From: Eledone cirrhosa
Lineage: Eukaryota
DNA length: 64,000 nucleotides
Direction: 5' to 3'
NCBI GenBank assembly: GCA_964016885.1
Contig: OZ024740.1
Location: 53,816,001-53,880,000, forward strand
In this document: positions 42,856-57,369 of the stretch, piece after piece
Layout: the number at the start of each line of letters is the position of its first letter
Numbering within the stretch: position 1 is the stretch's first letter
Notes under the pieces: generated by a model
Databases searched by the model: none
Told to the model about the DNA's origin: nothing
The model's input: only the letters and a program-made list of their open reading frames with translations
Program-made: the position numbers and the translations under genes

Positions 42856-45313
42856 CAATTTCTAATTTCTGCCGGACCGGCAACCGCTCTTTCAAACCAG
42901 TTCCTGTACACAGCTAAGTATTCTATAAGTCTCTAGCTGTGTCATTCTCGATAAAAGCACTGGATATGTGGTCCTGATGATTTCTAACAAGAATGAAACG
43001 CGTAGATTACTTCCCTTGCTTTTATCGAGAATCTAATTGTAATACGTGACGTATTCTATTCTATAGCGATTAGGTCTTCAAAATGTTTATTATAAACATA
43101 CAGAATATTTTCGAATATTCTATGTCTATATTCACATATATATCGCTATTTCAGAGCATTTATTCCAATTTCTAATTTCTGCCGGACCGGCAACCGCTCT
43201 TTCAAACCAGTTCCTGTACACAGCTAAGTATTCTATAAGTCTCTAGCTGTGTCATTCTCGATAAAAGCACTGGATATGTGGTCCTGATGATTTCTAACAA
43301 GAATGAAACGCGTAGATTACTTCCCTTGCTTTTATCGAGAATCTAATTGTAATACGTGACGTATTCTATTCTATAGCGATTAGGTCTTCAAAATGTTTAT
43401 TATAAACATACAGAATATTTTCGAATATTCTATGTCTATATTCACATATATATCGCTATTTCAGAGCATTTATTCCAATTTCTAATTTCTGCCGGACCGG
43501 CAACCGCTCTTTCAAACCAGTTCCTGTACACAGCTAAGTATTCTATAAGTCTCTAGCTGTGTCATTCTCGATAAAAGCACTGGATATGTGGTCCTGATGA
43601 TTTCTAACAAGAATGAAACGCGTAGATTACTTCCCTTGCTTTTATCGAGAATCTAATTGTAATACGTGACGTATTCTATTCTATAGCGATTAGGTCTTCA
43701 AAATGTTTATTATAAACATACAGAATATTTTCGAATATTCTATGTCTATATTCACATATATATCGCTATTTCAGAGCATTTATTCCAATTTCTAATTTCT
43801 GCCGGACCGGCAACCGCTCTTTCAAACCAGTTCCTGTACACAGCTAAGTATTCTATAAGTCTCTAGCTGTGTCATTCTCGATAAAAGCACTGGATATGTG
43901 GTCCTGATGATTTCTAACAAGAATGAAACGCGTAGATTACTTCCCTTGCTTTTATCGAGAATCTAATTGTAATACGTGACGTATTCTATTCTATAGCGAT
44001 TAGGTCTTCAAAATGTTTATTATAAACATACAGAATATTTTCGAATATTCTATGTCTATATTCACATATATATCGCTATTTCAGAGCATTTATTCCAATT
44101 TCTAATTTCTGCCGGACCGGCAACCGCTCTTTCAAACCAGTTCCTGTACACAGCTAAGTATTCTATAAGTCTCTAGCTGTGTCATTCTCGATAAAAGCAC
44201 TGGATATGTGGTCCTGATGATTTCTAACAAGAATGAAACGCGTAGATTACTTCCCTTGCTTTTATCGAGAATCTAATTGTAATACGTGACGTATTCTATT
44301 CTATAGCGATTAGGTCTTCAAAATGTTTATTATAAACATACAGAATATTTTCGAATATTCTATGTCTATATTCACATATATATCGCTATTTCAGAGCATT
44401 TATTCCAATTTCTAATTTCTGCCGGACCGGCAACCGCTCTTTCAAACCAGTTCCTGTACACAGCTAAGTATTCTATAAGTCTCTAGCTGTGTCATTCTCG
44501 ATAAAAGCACTGGATATGTGGTCCTGATGATTTCTAACAAGAATGAAACGCGTAGATTACTTCCCTTGCTTTTATCGAGAATCTAATTGTAATACGTGAC
44601 GTATTCTATTCTATAGCGATTAGGTCTTCAAAATGTTTATTATAAACATACAGAATATTTTCGAATATTCTATGTCTATATTCACATATATATCGCTATT
44701 TCAGAGCATTTATTCCAATTTCTAATTTCTGCCGGACCGGCAACCGCTCTTTCAAACCAGTTCCTGTACACAGCTAAGTATTCTATAAGTCTCTAGCTGT
44801 GTCATTCTCGATAAAAGCACTGGATATGTGGTCCTGATGATTTCTAACAAGAATGAAACGCGTAGATTACTTCCCTTGCTTTTATCGAGAATCTAATTGT
44901 AATACGTGACGTATTCTATTCTATAGCGATTAGGTCTTCAAAATGTTTATTATAAACATACAGAATATTTTCGAATATTCTATGTCTATATTCACATATA
45001 TATCGCTATTTCAGAGCATTTATTCCAATTTCTAATTTCTGCCGGACCGGCAACCGCTCTTTCAAACCAGTTCCTGTACACAGCTAAGTATTCTATAAGT
45101 CTCTAGCTGTGTCATTCTCGATAAAAGCACTGGATATGTGGTCCTGATGATTTCTAACAAGAATGAAACGCGTAGATTACTTCCCTTGCTTTTATCGAGA
45201 ATCTAATTGTAATACGTGACGTATTCTATTCTATAGCGATTAGGTCTTCAAAATGTTTATTATAAACATACAGAATATTTTCGAATATTCTATGTCTATA
45301 TTCACATATATAT
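42856..45313 (+). repeat. Same 310-bp unit in the opposite orientation x about 7.9 (hammerheads on the plus strand)
   Basis: caatttctaatttctgccgg recurs at 42856, 43166, 43476, 43786, 44096, 44406, 44716 and 45026. Confidence 0.97.
42968..43010 (+). ncRNA. Type I hammerhead ribozyme, one per unit (plus-strand copies also start at 43278, 43588, 43898, 44208, 44518, 44828, 45138)
   Basis: gtggtc-CTGATGA-t ttct aaca agaa t-GAAA-CGCG-TA-gattac: intact core, 6-bp stem I with two G.U pairs, palindromic minimal stem III, GUA cleavage site at 43002-43004. Confidence 0.88.
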
Positions 45314-45387
45314 ATATGTCTATATATATGGGCTTTCCAATTTCATTTTACACTATATGCATGTCTGGATATTTTAATTATTTAAAT

Positions 45388-45505
<118 letters not shown>

Positions 45506-46901
45506 TGTTTATATATGGGTGTATGTGACCTATATACACTGGTCACAGACACACACACTTAGAAACCCTTCTCATTTAGCAGGAAATAGTCGCTAGACAC
45601 ATCCTATCCTAACACAAGTTATATGATGCATATCACTGAATATTGACTGTATGGCTGTATTCGATTATTTGACGTCACCTGTTTCAATTTCATTCAACGG
45701 CAACACCAGCTCTCAATCTATCTATCTTCTCTGTCTCCTTCTCTCTCTCTCTCTTTCTCTCTCTCTTTCAATCTAATTTCTCAAAACCACTATCTCTTTC
45801 TCACTATCTTTCTCTCTATATATTTATGAAGGTACTCTGAAAAAAACCTCATATCTCTAGAACTTATGCTTTGATTTACGCGAACCTTATTTTACTCCAT
45901 TTGTATTCCCATTTCATATCATGAAAAGTAAGATGTTAGTGAGTGAAGCGTACAATCAAGTTTACCAACAGACACCCGTTTCACTTTCCTTAACTTTTCC
46001 TAGGCATGTCTTTCATGTAAATACAAAAGTCATCAATTATTCAGTAAGTATTTTTGAAACTAAGCAAGATCCGGGTATCTGGCAATCCATTTAATATTCC
46101 CTGCTGTTGTCGTTTCACATGATTTATAATACTATTGCTGTTGTTAAAGTTTCGAATAAATAAACGATGTTGTATAATTTTATCCATGTAATATATTTCT
46201 TCATACAATCCTTTACTAAATACACACAACCGTTTTCGTATACCTTGACCTTCTACCACAACCTGCTATTTGGGTGTGTTTATCGGAGTTCTTCCTGTTG
46301 CAAGCAATCAAGACGAATCTTTTGTTAGGATATCGTAATCTCACCGATCACTAAGATTCACAAGCGAATGCCTATCGCTCTCACATAATTCTTCTGAATT
46401 ATATGGATTTATAAGATTCCGTTCCAAGAGAAGAGAAGTTCCTAACTCCAAAGCAGTTCAACTTAGGTAGATGGTTTCGTTTCAGATATAATCTAATATT
46501 TCTTTGAGTGAGTATGGATATGTGTAAGAATGTTTGCATGGATATGTGTGGTAGTGCTTCTGTTAGTATATTTTCCTTTCCATACGACCCTCATGAAATT
46601 ACAGCTTTTGTAGAATGATAAAAAGAAAAAGAAAATAAACAATATAAAAATCTGGTTGTATTTATTATATGCTGGTAGCATTTCACCATCATACCGATTT
46701 TCCGTTAAAAACCGACGACACTCAGTTTCATCTTCCTTGTTCCAAAGATTGTCCATTTGGGACCTGGAACCAGCAATGCAATAGCTCTCAGTGCAGTTTA
46801 AATTGCAGGAATAAAATCAGTTTTAAACTGATCAAAACTCGGTGAGGGAAATTAGGTAGACGGTAAATCTTTAAAAAATTATTCATATATATATATATAT
46901 G

Positions 46902-46989
<88 letters not shown>

Positions 46990-47232
46990 AATACCGATTA
47001 TGCAAACGATCAAAGTAGAAATGCAGCAAGACAATATATAAGCAAAGAAGGGATTTTACTGGTTACCAGAAAAGAGTTACAAAATGCGTCACATATCCTC
47101 ACGTTGAAGTGTAATTGGTAGAATGTTCGTGTCTTCTGTATAATATGCGTAAAACACAAGTAGAGGGAAGTTCGAGATCATAATTAATGCGGTTTTAATG
47201 TGGATGAATAACTGACTGGTTTCTGTTCCATC

Positions 47233-47331
47233 CCAGGTTAACTTTGCCTTTCATCCTTACGGGGTCGATCAAATAAAGTACCAGTAATACACTGGTAATT
47301 GCTGGCCTTGTGCCAAAAGTAGAAACAATTA
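47233..47331 (+). mobile_element. 5'-truncated SINE copy
   Basis: Matches the 3' half of the 8665-8855 family. Confidence 0.8.
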
Positions 47332-48349
47332 TTTTACCATCTTCCAGAGTTTGACAAATCCATTATGTAGGAAATAGGATGTCTTAGTAAGCTGGTAGTT
47401 GGAAATGCTCACAAACATATGTTGAACATGTCTGCAACTATTCAGCAACTCTGATCTTTCGTTCAAAATAGCAAAAGTGAATAATAGATTATTATACTTC
47501 ACCGTCCGAGTGTGACTACACATTATGGGGCTATTGATGATATCACCATATGTTATACTCCAGATATATTATAATAATAAGGTGGTGAAGAGTCTTCTTA
47601 TGGATCTGACTGTATTCAAATGTTGCGAGGATATTTGTCGGCATATGATATCAATTGTGTTCTTATATAATGTGTTCTTATTCAAATTATCCTTCATTAG
47701 ATTTCACGAGCTTAGGATATGATTTGAAGTAGGTTTCATAGATATTTATAGCAGGTCAATTAACCCCATTAAAGGCTTTCGTTTTGGCTCGTGTATTTAT
47801 TAAAATGTCAGCCATAAAGAGAATTACATTTCTGATATGTGATTTTGCACAAGGCATTTTGAGTTTACGCCGCACACTGGCATACTTGTCTCGTTTAATT
47901 AATACACCTCTCTATTCTATAATTTTTCAGAGTCAAATCTGTCGCAAGCATTATATCTAAACTTTCAGTTTTAGGATAACTTCCTCTCTGCATTAACATC
48001 GTTTTGCAATAGGAATTACAATGAAAACATTAAAACATAAAGGATTTACGTTATCACTTGTGTTCTTGACCTCGTGCTACTTAGTCTCCTCTTGTAGAAT
48101 GTCTACTTTGTCGCTTGGACATCTTGAAATGTTAAATCATAATCTTTTTTAAGAAAAGAAAATAGATAATATAATCTTATTCAACATAGGTGTGTGGTTA
48201 AAAGGTTCCCTTCAATTAAACATTGAACACATTTGTTTTAACATCGACTCTGATTGGAATTTAGTAATTCAAAACTGTGTGAAAGACTGTTAGATTTCGA
48301 AGCAGTGTGTGAAAAATGAAGCCCCTTTAATGTATAATACTTTAACTAT

Positions 48350-48572
48350 TTGGTGAGACGGGGTACAACTGCGCTAGTTAGTCGGATGAAATGCATGGCA
48401 GTGTTTCTTTATGACTCTCTACGTTCTGGTTTCAAATCCCACCGAGAACAACTTTGCCATTCATTTATCCGGGGCCGATAATATAAGGTTCAGTAAATTA
48501 CTGCAATCGCTATAATAGTCGACTTTCTCATCTCCAGAAATTGCTGGCCTTGTGCCAGAATTAGGTAACATT
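48350..48572 (+). mobile_element. Diverged SINE copy
   Basis: ggtttcaaatcc B-box-like, actttgccattcat core, ttgctggccttgtgcc tail. Confidence 0.6.
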
Positions 48573-51440
48573 ATGACTTGATCAATGAGACATAGACCTC
48601 ATTCTACTTGCCGAAGTAGCTAAGGGCGAATCACTAATATAGATGTACATTATTTTGCGTAGTTCAGTTTAGGAAATTAGTAGTTTTTTTTAGAGAACAA
48701 TCTATTTACACGTGTCATTACAAACAACCTAATAATTTAGTGCTATATTTAATGCAGTAAGCAATGAGGGAAAACTATTATTCAGTATTTAATATGGAAA
48801 ATAATTTTTTAGGTATAGGATTCAAGTCTAGATGTGATTTGATCTTATTATCTCAGCAGCGAATCATAAAAATCGCTATCCTTGCCAAAATAGTGACGAA
48901 TAAATCATTTAATAAATAATTAAAATAGTTTCTAATTGGCCTCGCAAAATGAAATTATTTAGAGAATAAATAACGTTACTAACAATATCAGTAAACAAAA
49001 CGTAATACTTAAATGTAATATTAACATATCTAAAGTAGAGAGCATTATACGAACTGTCAAATTTCCAGTCTGTTCGTTCTCATGTTAAATACTTCACCAG
49101 CTACGACTCTCTCAGTGACTAGCCTATAAAAAAATGTACGCATGGTACCTTCGATCATCGTGTTCATTTACCTAAAGCTACTGTTCGTTTATGAACTTGC
49201 TGAATCGAATCATTAATGAATATTTGAACGAGTTTTTAAAATTGCCGGAAAGAACTAAATTTTCCATATGTTATGCATCTAAGATTTCTAACATGTTCAT
49301 ATAAACTAACTTCAGAATGAATATGGAACAAATTCCTCTTCATTAAGGCTTAAACATACTTGAAACAAACAATAACAGAAATAATTGTAAAATAAAATGT
49401 GAAATATTTGTTGTTGATTAACCGCTTGCTGTTGGCTAGTTGACACCGGGAAAAAAGTCTAGTGATTAACTTTTGTGAATACCAGAAAGATATATTTGGT
49501 ACTATTATACAACTTCATCAGTAAGGGGAAACTAATGAATATTTTGATAGAAAATAAAAATTTAGATATAATGGTTAGTGGCAATAGATAAAGGACAAAA
49601 AAAATTTTTAAATAAGATATAAACCTCATTATCTCATAGCAGGAACAGAAAAGAAAAAACATAAATAAATATATTTTGTCTCGTATTTTGTATTTACGTG
49701 ATTTATTGCATCATAACTGATCGGCTAAACTTTATATTAATATTTAACACATGTAAACAAAATATTACAGTATAAAGTAAATAAAGATGAGACAGTTATA
49801 TAGTCACAATTTTGAGAAAAAATAAATATAAGAAAACGATATTATTTTACTGCAAGTCTTTTTTTATTTTGAGGGGCTAAACGTGTAATTTGTGTTCTGT
49901 CAACACAAAGATAAAGCTCAAATAAGATATATTATTTTTCGGCAATTTTGTAGCAGAGAGTTGCCGTCTTGTGTTCCTTTCTCCTTTCTTTATTTCTTAA
50001 ACTTTTTCTTTCTTTCTCTCCCTGACTTGCTCTCTTTCTCCTTACACACGCACACACTAATTCTGTATCCGTATTTCATTCTCTTCCTTTTCTATTCTCC
50101 TCTACCCCCTTTCCTTTCCCTTTGCTCACTTTCATTGTTGTGATCATTCTTCATTTCGTTGTTAGAATAAACAAAAAATACAAGAATATATGTTTAGACT
50201 TTCTCAATAGAGCTATGACCTAATCGTAGTATGAAGCGATTCTCTGAGTACCGACAGCCGGCGGCTGCCTGGGTCAACTTCACTTCTGTTTGTTCATGCT
50301 CGCACTTGCCATATTCATTCATGTGGGCTCCGTTTGCAAGGAAAACAGAGCTAGTTTTGAGCAAAAGCGATACTGTAATATGCACCAGCTTTGCCAGCGG
50401 CTAATATCTTGAGGCGAGGCTCGACCAGATTATCATGCATACACATCTCCATATAGATATACTCATATGCACACATACATAAACACACATATAGATACAT
50501 GTGTGCATAGAGAGAAAGATAAAGAGAGACGAAACAAGAGAATGAGAGGGTAAGCGCGAATGAGAAAATATCGAATGAAAGAGAAAAAGAGGCCCTTAAT
50601 CCTACTCAAGTGAATGTGCAAAGCAAATGAAAATATTCAAGTTTTCTTTTACTATATTTTTTCATCTAAACCAACCTAAAGGAAAATATGAGAAAACGTA
50701 AGAGAAGGAAGGGGGGGGGGGGATAAGAAAAATGATAGAATTATAGCTACATTTTTTCATTATTTAGGAGAGGAAACATTTAGTTAGTTATTAGCAGCTA
50801 TGAAGTAAAGCTGTCTATAACGGTATAATTGTCTTTTTTTATGAATTAACAAACAATTACGGGAGTGCTTTAAATGGTGTGCAATACCACAATGAAATGC
50901 ACAATCTGCACACATAAAAATACAAACAAGGACCCATACACACCCATATAAAAGCATAGACATACAGATAAATATTGAAATCACACACACATATTTTAAT
51001 CAATATTGGATATATTATTGCACGAATAATGCACTTTATTTATTATGAATTAAATTTTCTTTTCTATAATTTAATCTTGATAAAACTTTTGCCGAAATAT
51101 AGCATCGAAATCAATTTCTGTTGTCGTGAAGCTAATATACAACATATTATAATCATGTAACCTAAGATATATTAAACATGCACATATAAGGAAATACCTG
51201 ATTCAGACAGATCCCCACTCTGAACTTGTACTTAGTTTAGCAAATTCAGAAGGATGAGTGTCAAGTTGGCTTTGAACTCAAAAGGGAAGAAGTTGAAAGA
51301 AAGAAATACATAGAGCCAGATATTTCATTTCATGCTTTAGTGTGACAATAAATTCACTGACAAACTTACAGACGTCAATTTCGACTCTCAAATCTCTGCA
51401 CTCAATTCCTGCTAAAACCACGTGCATTTTGTAATATTTA

Positions 51441-51655
51441 TTTCTAGTATAGGCACAAGGCCAGTAATTTTGGGGAAGGGCATATTCGATTAAATCGACC
51501 AGTATGTTACTGATGCTTTATTTTATCGACCCCGTAATGATTAAAGGCAAATTTAACGTCGGCAGGATTTGAACTCAGACAGTAAGCGGCCGTAACTCTA
51601 TGCTGCAGAGCATGATGTCTCACTCTCTACCGATACTGACAATCCACTGCCCTAC
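51441..51655 (-). mobile_element. tRNA-derived SINE copy (more diverged copies near 52730-52880, 53290-53430 and 53560-53700)
   Basis: aggcacaaggccag...tttatcgaccccg...ggatttgaactcag...ccgatactgacaatccac. Confidence 0.8.
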
Positions 51656-51899
51656 GTGTGCATTGTAATATTACAATTATATCGGAGTATATGACAGAAC
51701 AACTATGGTGTAGGACAAAATAAATCACTTGCCGTATTAGGTGATTTATATTCTTCGTTCAATTCATGTTGTTGTCAACAAATTCGCTAAAATAAAGTAC
51801 TAGTGATCTACTGGATCGATTTAATCGACAATTCCATACCCGCAAATGTTGACCTGTGATTATATTGAAAATTAATATATTATATTAAAATAATGTAAT

Positions 51900-52300
51900 T
51901 CGGTATTCGTGCCAACCCGTACTTACGGTCATGAACATTGGGTAATGACCGAATTCGATCGCGAATATAAGTGGCCGAAATGGGGTTCCTCCAAATGGTC
52001 TTTAGAGAAAGGTTTCTCGATAAACTAGATCAGAGAGTCACTCCAAATAGAGCTATACTTCTCCGAATTAAGAGATCACAGCTCCAGTATTATGGGCATG
52101 GAATTAGAATGTCTCAGGAAAGAATCGCTAGACAGATTTTATTGGCAAAACCAACCGGCAGGAAACCTAGGTGTAGAATCCGAGGAAGATGGTTGGATAA
52201 CATCCATGAGCTCGCCTGGTCTCGCTTGGGGATCCTGCAGGATCAGTTGGAAATGCTTGAATAAGTTTTTGAAGAAGAAGAAGAAGAAGAAGAAGAAGAA
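51900..52300 (+). pseudogene. 3' fragment of an RTE-like LINE with (GAA)n tail
   Basis: YGHE.WVMT, AEMGFL, SQLQYYGH..RM..ER.ARQIL...GRKPR..RW.D; (GAA)n at 52271-52299. Confidence 0.75.
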
Positions 52301-55185
52301 TAGCTGAACTTTACAGCCAGCTGTCATCAAGCGGTATCTGTGGCCTATCAACTTTATCCAGAAAATAGCTTAGAAACACCTATTTCAAACCTACATATCT
52401 GTGGAAAAGGTGGATGGCAAATCGCAGCCTATTCCGACAAATATAGTGAGAGGAGGAAACGACAAGGGGAGAGAGAAAAATTAAGATTAACTAAATAATC
52501 ACAATACTTCAACGTTGTTGTATTTAGAGATCCCAGAACAATTCCTTTTTGCATACTAAATACCAATGCAGTATGGTCACACATCTAACATTGAATTAGA
52601 AAGCATATAGTAGAAAAATGCCCTAGGTGCATTTAATGCTAAAATTTATGGATAAAGGATTTTGGAAACTATAGAAAATTGAGATTCGAGTGGAGCTAGT
52701 CAATAATATTTCTCAGGGTAAACGAGTAGATTGTAGCATAGAAATAAGACGACGTTAGAAACGTCGGACAGACGGTTTTGTAGTATTTAGTTATGTATCT
52801 TTATGTTCTGAATTTAAATTTCTTTGAGGTACACTTTAGCCTTTACCCTTCAGAAGTCTATATATTTTTGCCAGTTGAGGTCTTCAGTTTATTTTAGCCA
52901 TTGGTTTTAAAGTTATGCTGGAGTATTGCCTTCTACTACTGTTGTTGATATAAGTTATATCTGTGTCGTAGTTAATCTAATTGAAGGACAGGTACACAAC
53001 GAACCTTACAGAAGTTGAAGAACATAACATCTGAAAGGATGGCCAATAAAATTGCCCGTTTGGTATTCTATAAAAAATATAACAACGAAAGTTATTTTCT
53101 TAACGTTTAGCGAAAGACAGCGCCTTGTACATTTTCAAAGCATCTTCAATTAAATAAAGGCTGGGAACTTAGGCACCCAGGAAACAAATGATGATGCTAC
53201 GTTTATTACGGAAGAACCAAAACTCGAAACATTCAAAAATATATCTCATTCGATACTAATAATCTGCCGATTCCATCTCCTGCGATTGATATTTTATTTT
53301 ATCGAGCCTGAGAAAATGAACGTCAAAATCGACCTGGTGCGATTTGAACTCACAATAGCGACAGCCGGAACAAATACTGCAAAGAATTTTGGGCTAAGTT
53401 CTCGCTCTAATGGTTTTATCAATTCACTGGTCTACATTTACCAGCTTATTTGAAGGGTTAAGAATTATAGATAATTGATATCTAAATTTAGCATAAGATC
53501 ATAGAAATTCCAGGGAAATTTACAATCAATGAAAATGATCTATGTAGGATGACGCTACATATTTCATCGATTCTGTAGGGATGAGAGTCGAAATGAACAT
53601 CTACGGGATTTGAACTCAGATAACAAAAAATAAATCAAATAAATTCCACGAAGCATGTAGATAGTCGCTATATCATTTTTCCTCATTTAGTGCCCTCTAA
53701 CTGTTTGATGATATCATAAGCTGAATGACTGAATGTAGAAATGAAATATTTAAATAGATATGTTACAATTTTTTATCACAATGCTGAATATTTATATGTT
53801 GGTAGTCATCATATCTTAGATGCCCCTATAGCAGTAGAATTTAGTGTCATTGGAGGTATCTTAATTCGTTGTGAGAGATACATTTTCCCTTCGTCTTAAT
53901 ACAATAGAAATCAATGATAAACATTGTCATCACATTTTGAAAGAAGAGTATGCTTTTATTTACAGACGCTCATAATACTTGAAGAATTCCCTTGCAGTCA
54001 CTAACTAGGTTGTAAGTTATCATCGTGGAAATTAGTACAGAATTTTGGGTATTAGTGTGTTTTCGTTGTTGCTAGACAGACAACTAATGCTACTCGATGT
54101 TAATTTCACTCTTTCTAGTTTCCAGCAATATTGTAAGATAAGTTAATTTCAATACTCAGGTAATCCTATTAACATTCTTTAGATAATAGACTGCCCTGGA
54201 AATAAAATTACAATGAAATCTTGTGGTTCTTGTAGATTTTAATGAGGTGTAGAACAGGTCAAGTTGGTACAGAGTAACACTACGGAAGTGGTCACTAGAT
54301 CTTACATTGCTTCTGGCCAATTTTGTTTCAATAAATAGAAATACTACAAGTCTACGATTTGGAAATTTAGTAGCTTGACTGATAACTGCAATGCTTCATA
54401 ATGACTCTTGTACAAATTACTTTCTCAGCGTAAGATAACAAGTTTGAAGTAGTAGATGGCAAGCTTTAGGTTCAACATTGAAGTAGTAATTCACCATTTC
54501 GTATAACTCTTGTTTCAAATCCCAATTAGATTGGTAAATCAATGACGGAAGAATATCGTGCACAATCACAGTAAATTGTTTAAAACGAGTGGGCTATATA
54601 GCTAATATAATCTTCTCTATATTATCATGATTTTGAAAAAAAGAATAAGTTTAAGAAAATAAAGGCAAATTTGAAGTAATAATTCCTGAAGAGGAATTAT
54701 ACAATAATGAGTAGTATAAAGAACTCTCTGTTCAATATTTTCAGACTCATCAAACAATGGGTTTCCCTTCAAATACCTTCATTTCTCACATTAACACAAA
54801 CTCTTAAATGTGACTGTGCTTCTAAAAAGAATCGTTGCTCACTTATGTTTTCTCCCTGAGATGTTAATTTCCTTTTATTAGCTGAATGCTGGTCGATTAG
54901 CTTCCACAAATCTACTTAGAAGATTTCTTTAATAAATACCTCATGAGGTTTGCGAACATTATAACAAAGTTAGCTATTTCTCGAAAAGAAAATTCCAAAA
55001 ATACACAATTCGTGACGATTAAATGTGTATCTGTATCTCATTCTGTATATGCATATGCGCATGTCTGTGATGGAAGAAATGTGAGAAATATGGAAATGAA
55101 GAAACATTTGCTTGAGGTAAACAACAGCACCAACCTTACCATACCCGCCTGTCAAGACACGCACACACACACACACACACATATA

Positions 55186-55222
<37 letters not shown>

Positions 55223-56473
55223 CGAAGGAATTGTGGTAAGGGACCAGATGGACCATAACGCACCAGAGTACTCAATACTTAGTGTAGTAGAGTGGGTAAT
55301 AGGATAAAGTATGACCCCGACGGCTTGAGCTCTGCCGTCGGGGTCATACTTTTTCCTATATATATATATATATAAATAAATATATGTGTATATATATGTG
55401 TGTGTGAGTGTTTGTGTGTGTATATATGCATATATATATATATATATATAAATAAACACAAAGATACACACACATGCATATATATGAAATATAAAATTTA
55501 TAATGATTAGAAAAATTTCAAGTTGTGATTCTTATATAGATGAGAGAGAATACAGTAGCAGTTAGGTTATTTCCCGTGGAAGATTGGCTGTTATTATTTG
55601 GTGGAGTCTGGGGGAACGGGTGTTAAAAATGTGACAGATGTTTAAATAGATGAGTGTCAAAACAATTGAGGAAGAAGAGAAAAAGTATAAAAAGTATAAC
55701 TAAAAGTATTATAGAGTGTATGAGGGTTAAAGAGAAAGATAATGTAAAAGTGAGTTAGAAAACCGACTGGGAGAGAAACATTACAGGGTGTGGGAAGCCC
55801 ATAATCCATGAGATCCGGTGAAAGTGATAGCCAGAAAAAGGAGGTAGTGGAAAATGTATAGAGAACGGTGAACGAGTCTAGTAGTTTACGTGTGAGCTCA
55901 GGGCGAACAAGCCAGTGCCTCAGGCTGTTGTTAGCAGGCAATTGCCTTTAAGCGTCTACATATAGACACTTGTTATTGTATAATGCTTTCTATATTTTTT
56001 TACACTTTCCGTTTGTTATTTATTCGAATGGAGGATTTGTTCGGCGCTGTCTCGGATCATTGTAGCGTTCATCGTATTTAGAAATGAAACTACTGAATTG
56101 ATGCTCCCATCGTTTCATTCAGGTTGTTTCAGAATGTCGTGATTACAAAAGAAACCGTTACAAAACTTTTGAAAACCTATATAAATATCTTGCGGCGTTT
56201 TTCATCATGGTTACCACATGGTCATTTCACAGACCTTTCTCTTGTTGGAAACGATCTCCCAGGATATCAATTAAAATTTGATTTGATAGGGGCAAAGATA
56301 ACCTTTTCAATTACACTTGTCCGCTCTCTCTACACACCCCTCTCTCTCATTCGTTATAGCATTGTGCATTCATATATATATACATACACACACATACATA
56401 TAAATGTATATATATATTATCTGTATGTATATATATATATATATAAATGTATATATACATATTATCTGTATGT

Positions 56474-56621
<148 letters not shown>

Positions 56622-57266
56622 ATACATACATACATAAACATATGTATATACTCGTGTTTATTTCTCCTTCCCAACATCGGCTGGCTCTTTCAGTTTGGTC
56701 TCCCCTTCATGCTGCTCGAAAACCACAATGTATGTATATTCATATATATATATATATATATACAGTGAGAAAAAGAGAGAGAGTGAGAGAGAGAGAGAGA
56801 TTGGGGCGGGGGAAGAGAGAGATTTAAAAGATTTAAATCGGCAAATATACATCTAAGCTCGCATATTTCATGAGATATCGAAAAAGAGTCGGACCCATGA
56901 TCTGATCGATATTGAAACAATTGTAATATGCAAATAAATGTTGTACATATACGACGGCACTGACTTCGATTCTTTTAAATCTATTCACACACGGACCTCG
57001 TAACTGCATCGAGTGATTCGATCTGCTCGATGCATGTAATTGTTGTTACACATCAAATAAATCAAACACACACATGATCTAGCAGTCGAAACGCCCGGAG
57101 CTCAGCCGTCGGGGTCCTGATTCTTGTCGTATATATATATGAAAATGTACAAGAGCCCGACGGCAGAGCTCAAGCCGTTTCGACGGCTATTTCTGGAATT
57201 ATTGAGTACTCTGGTGTGTTATGGTCCACCTGGTTCCTTACCACACATGCTTCCACACTTGCTTCG

Positions 57267-57363
<97 letters not shown>

Positions 57364-57369
57364 TATATG

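Noticed and set aside
40911-45313. CRISPR array or rDNA/5S tandem array
   Set aside because: Units are identical 310-mers with no variable spacers, no cas genes and no recognisable rRNA sequence; the context is eukaryotic.
46041-46756. Short minus-strand ORFs in unique AT-rich sequence
   Set aside because: No recognisable domain; lengths are compatible with chance.
50194-50430. Locally GC-richer segment as promoter or exon
   Set aside because: No diagnostic motif or protein similarity can be supported from sequence alone.
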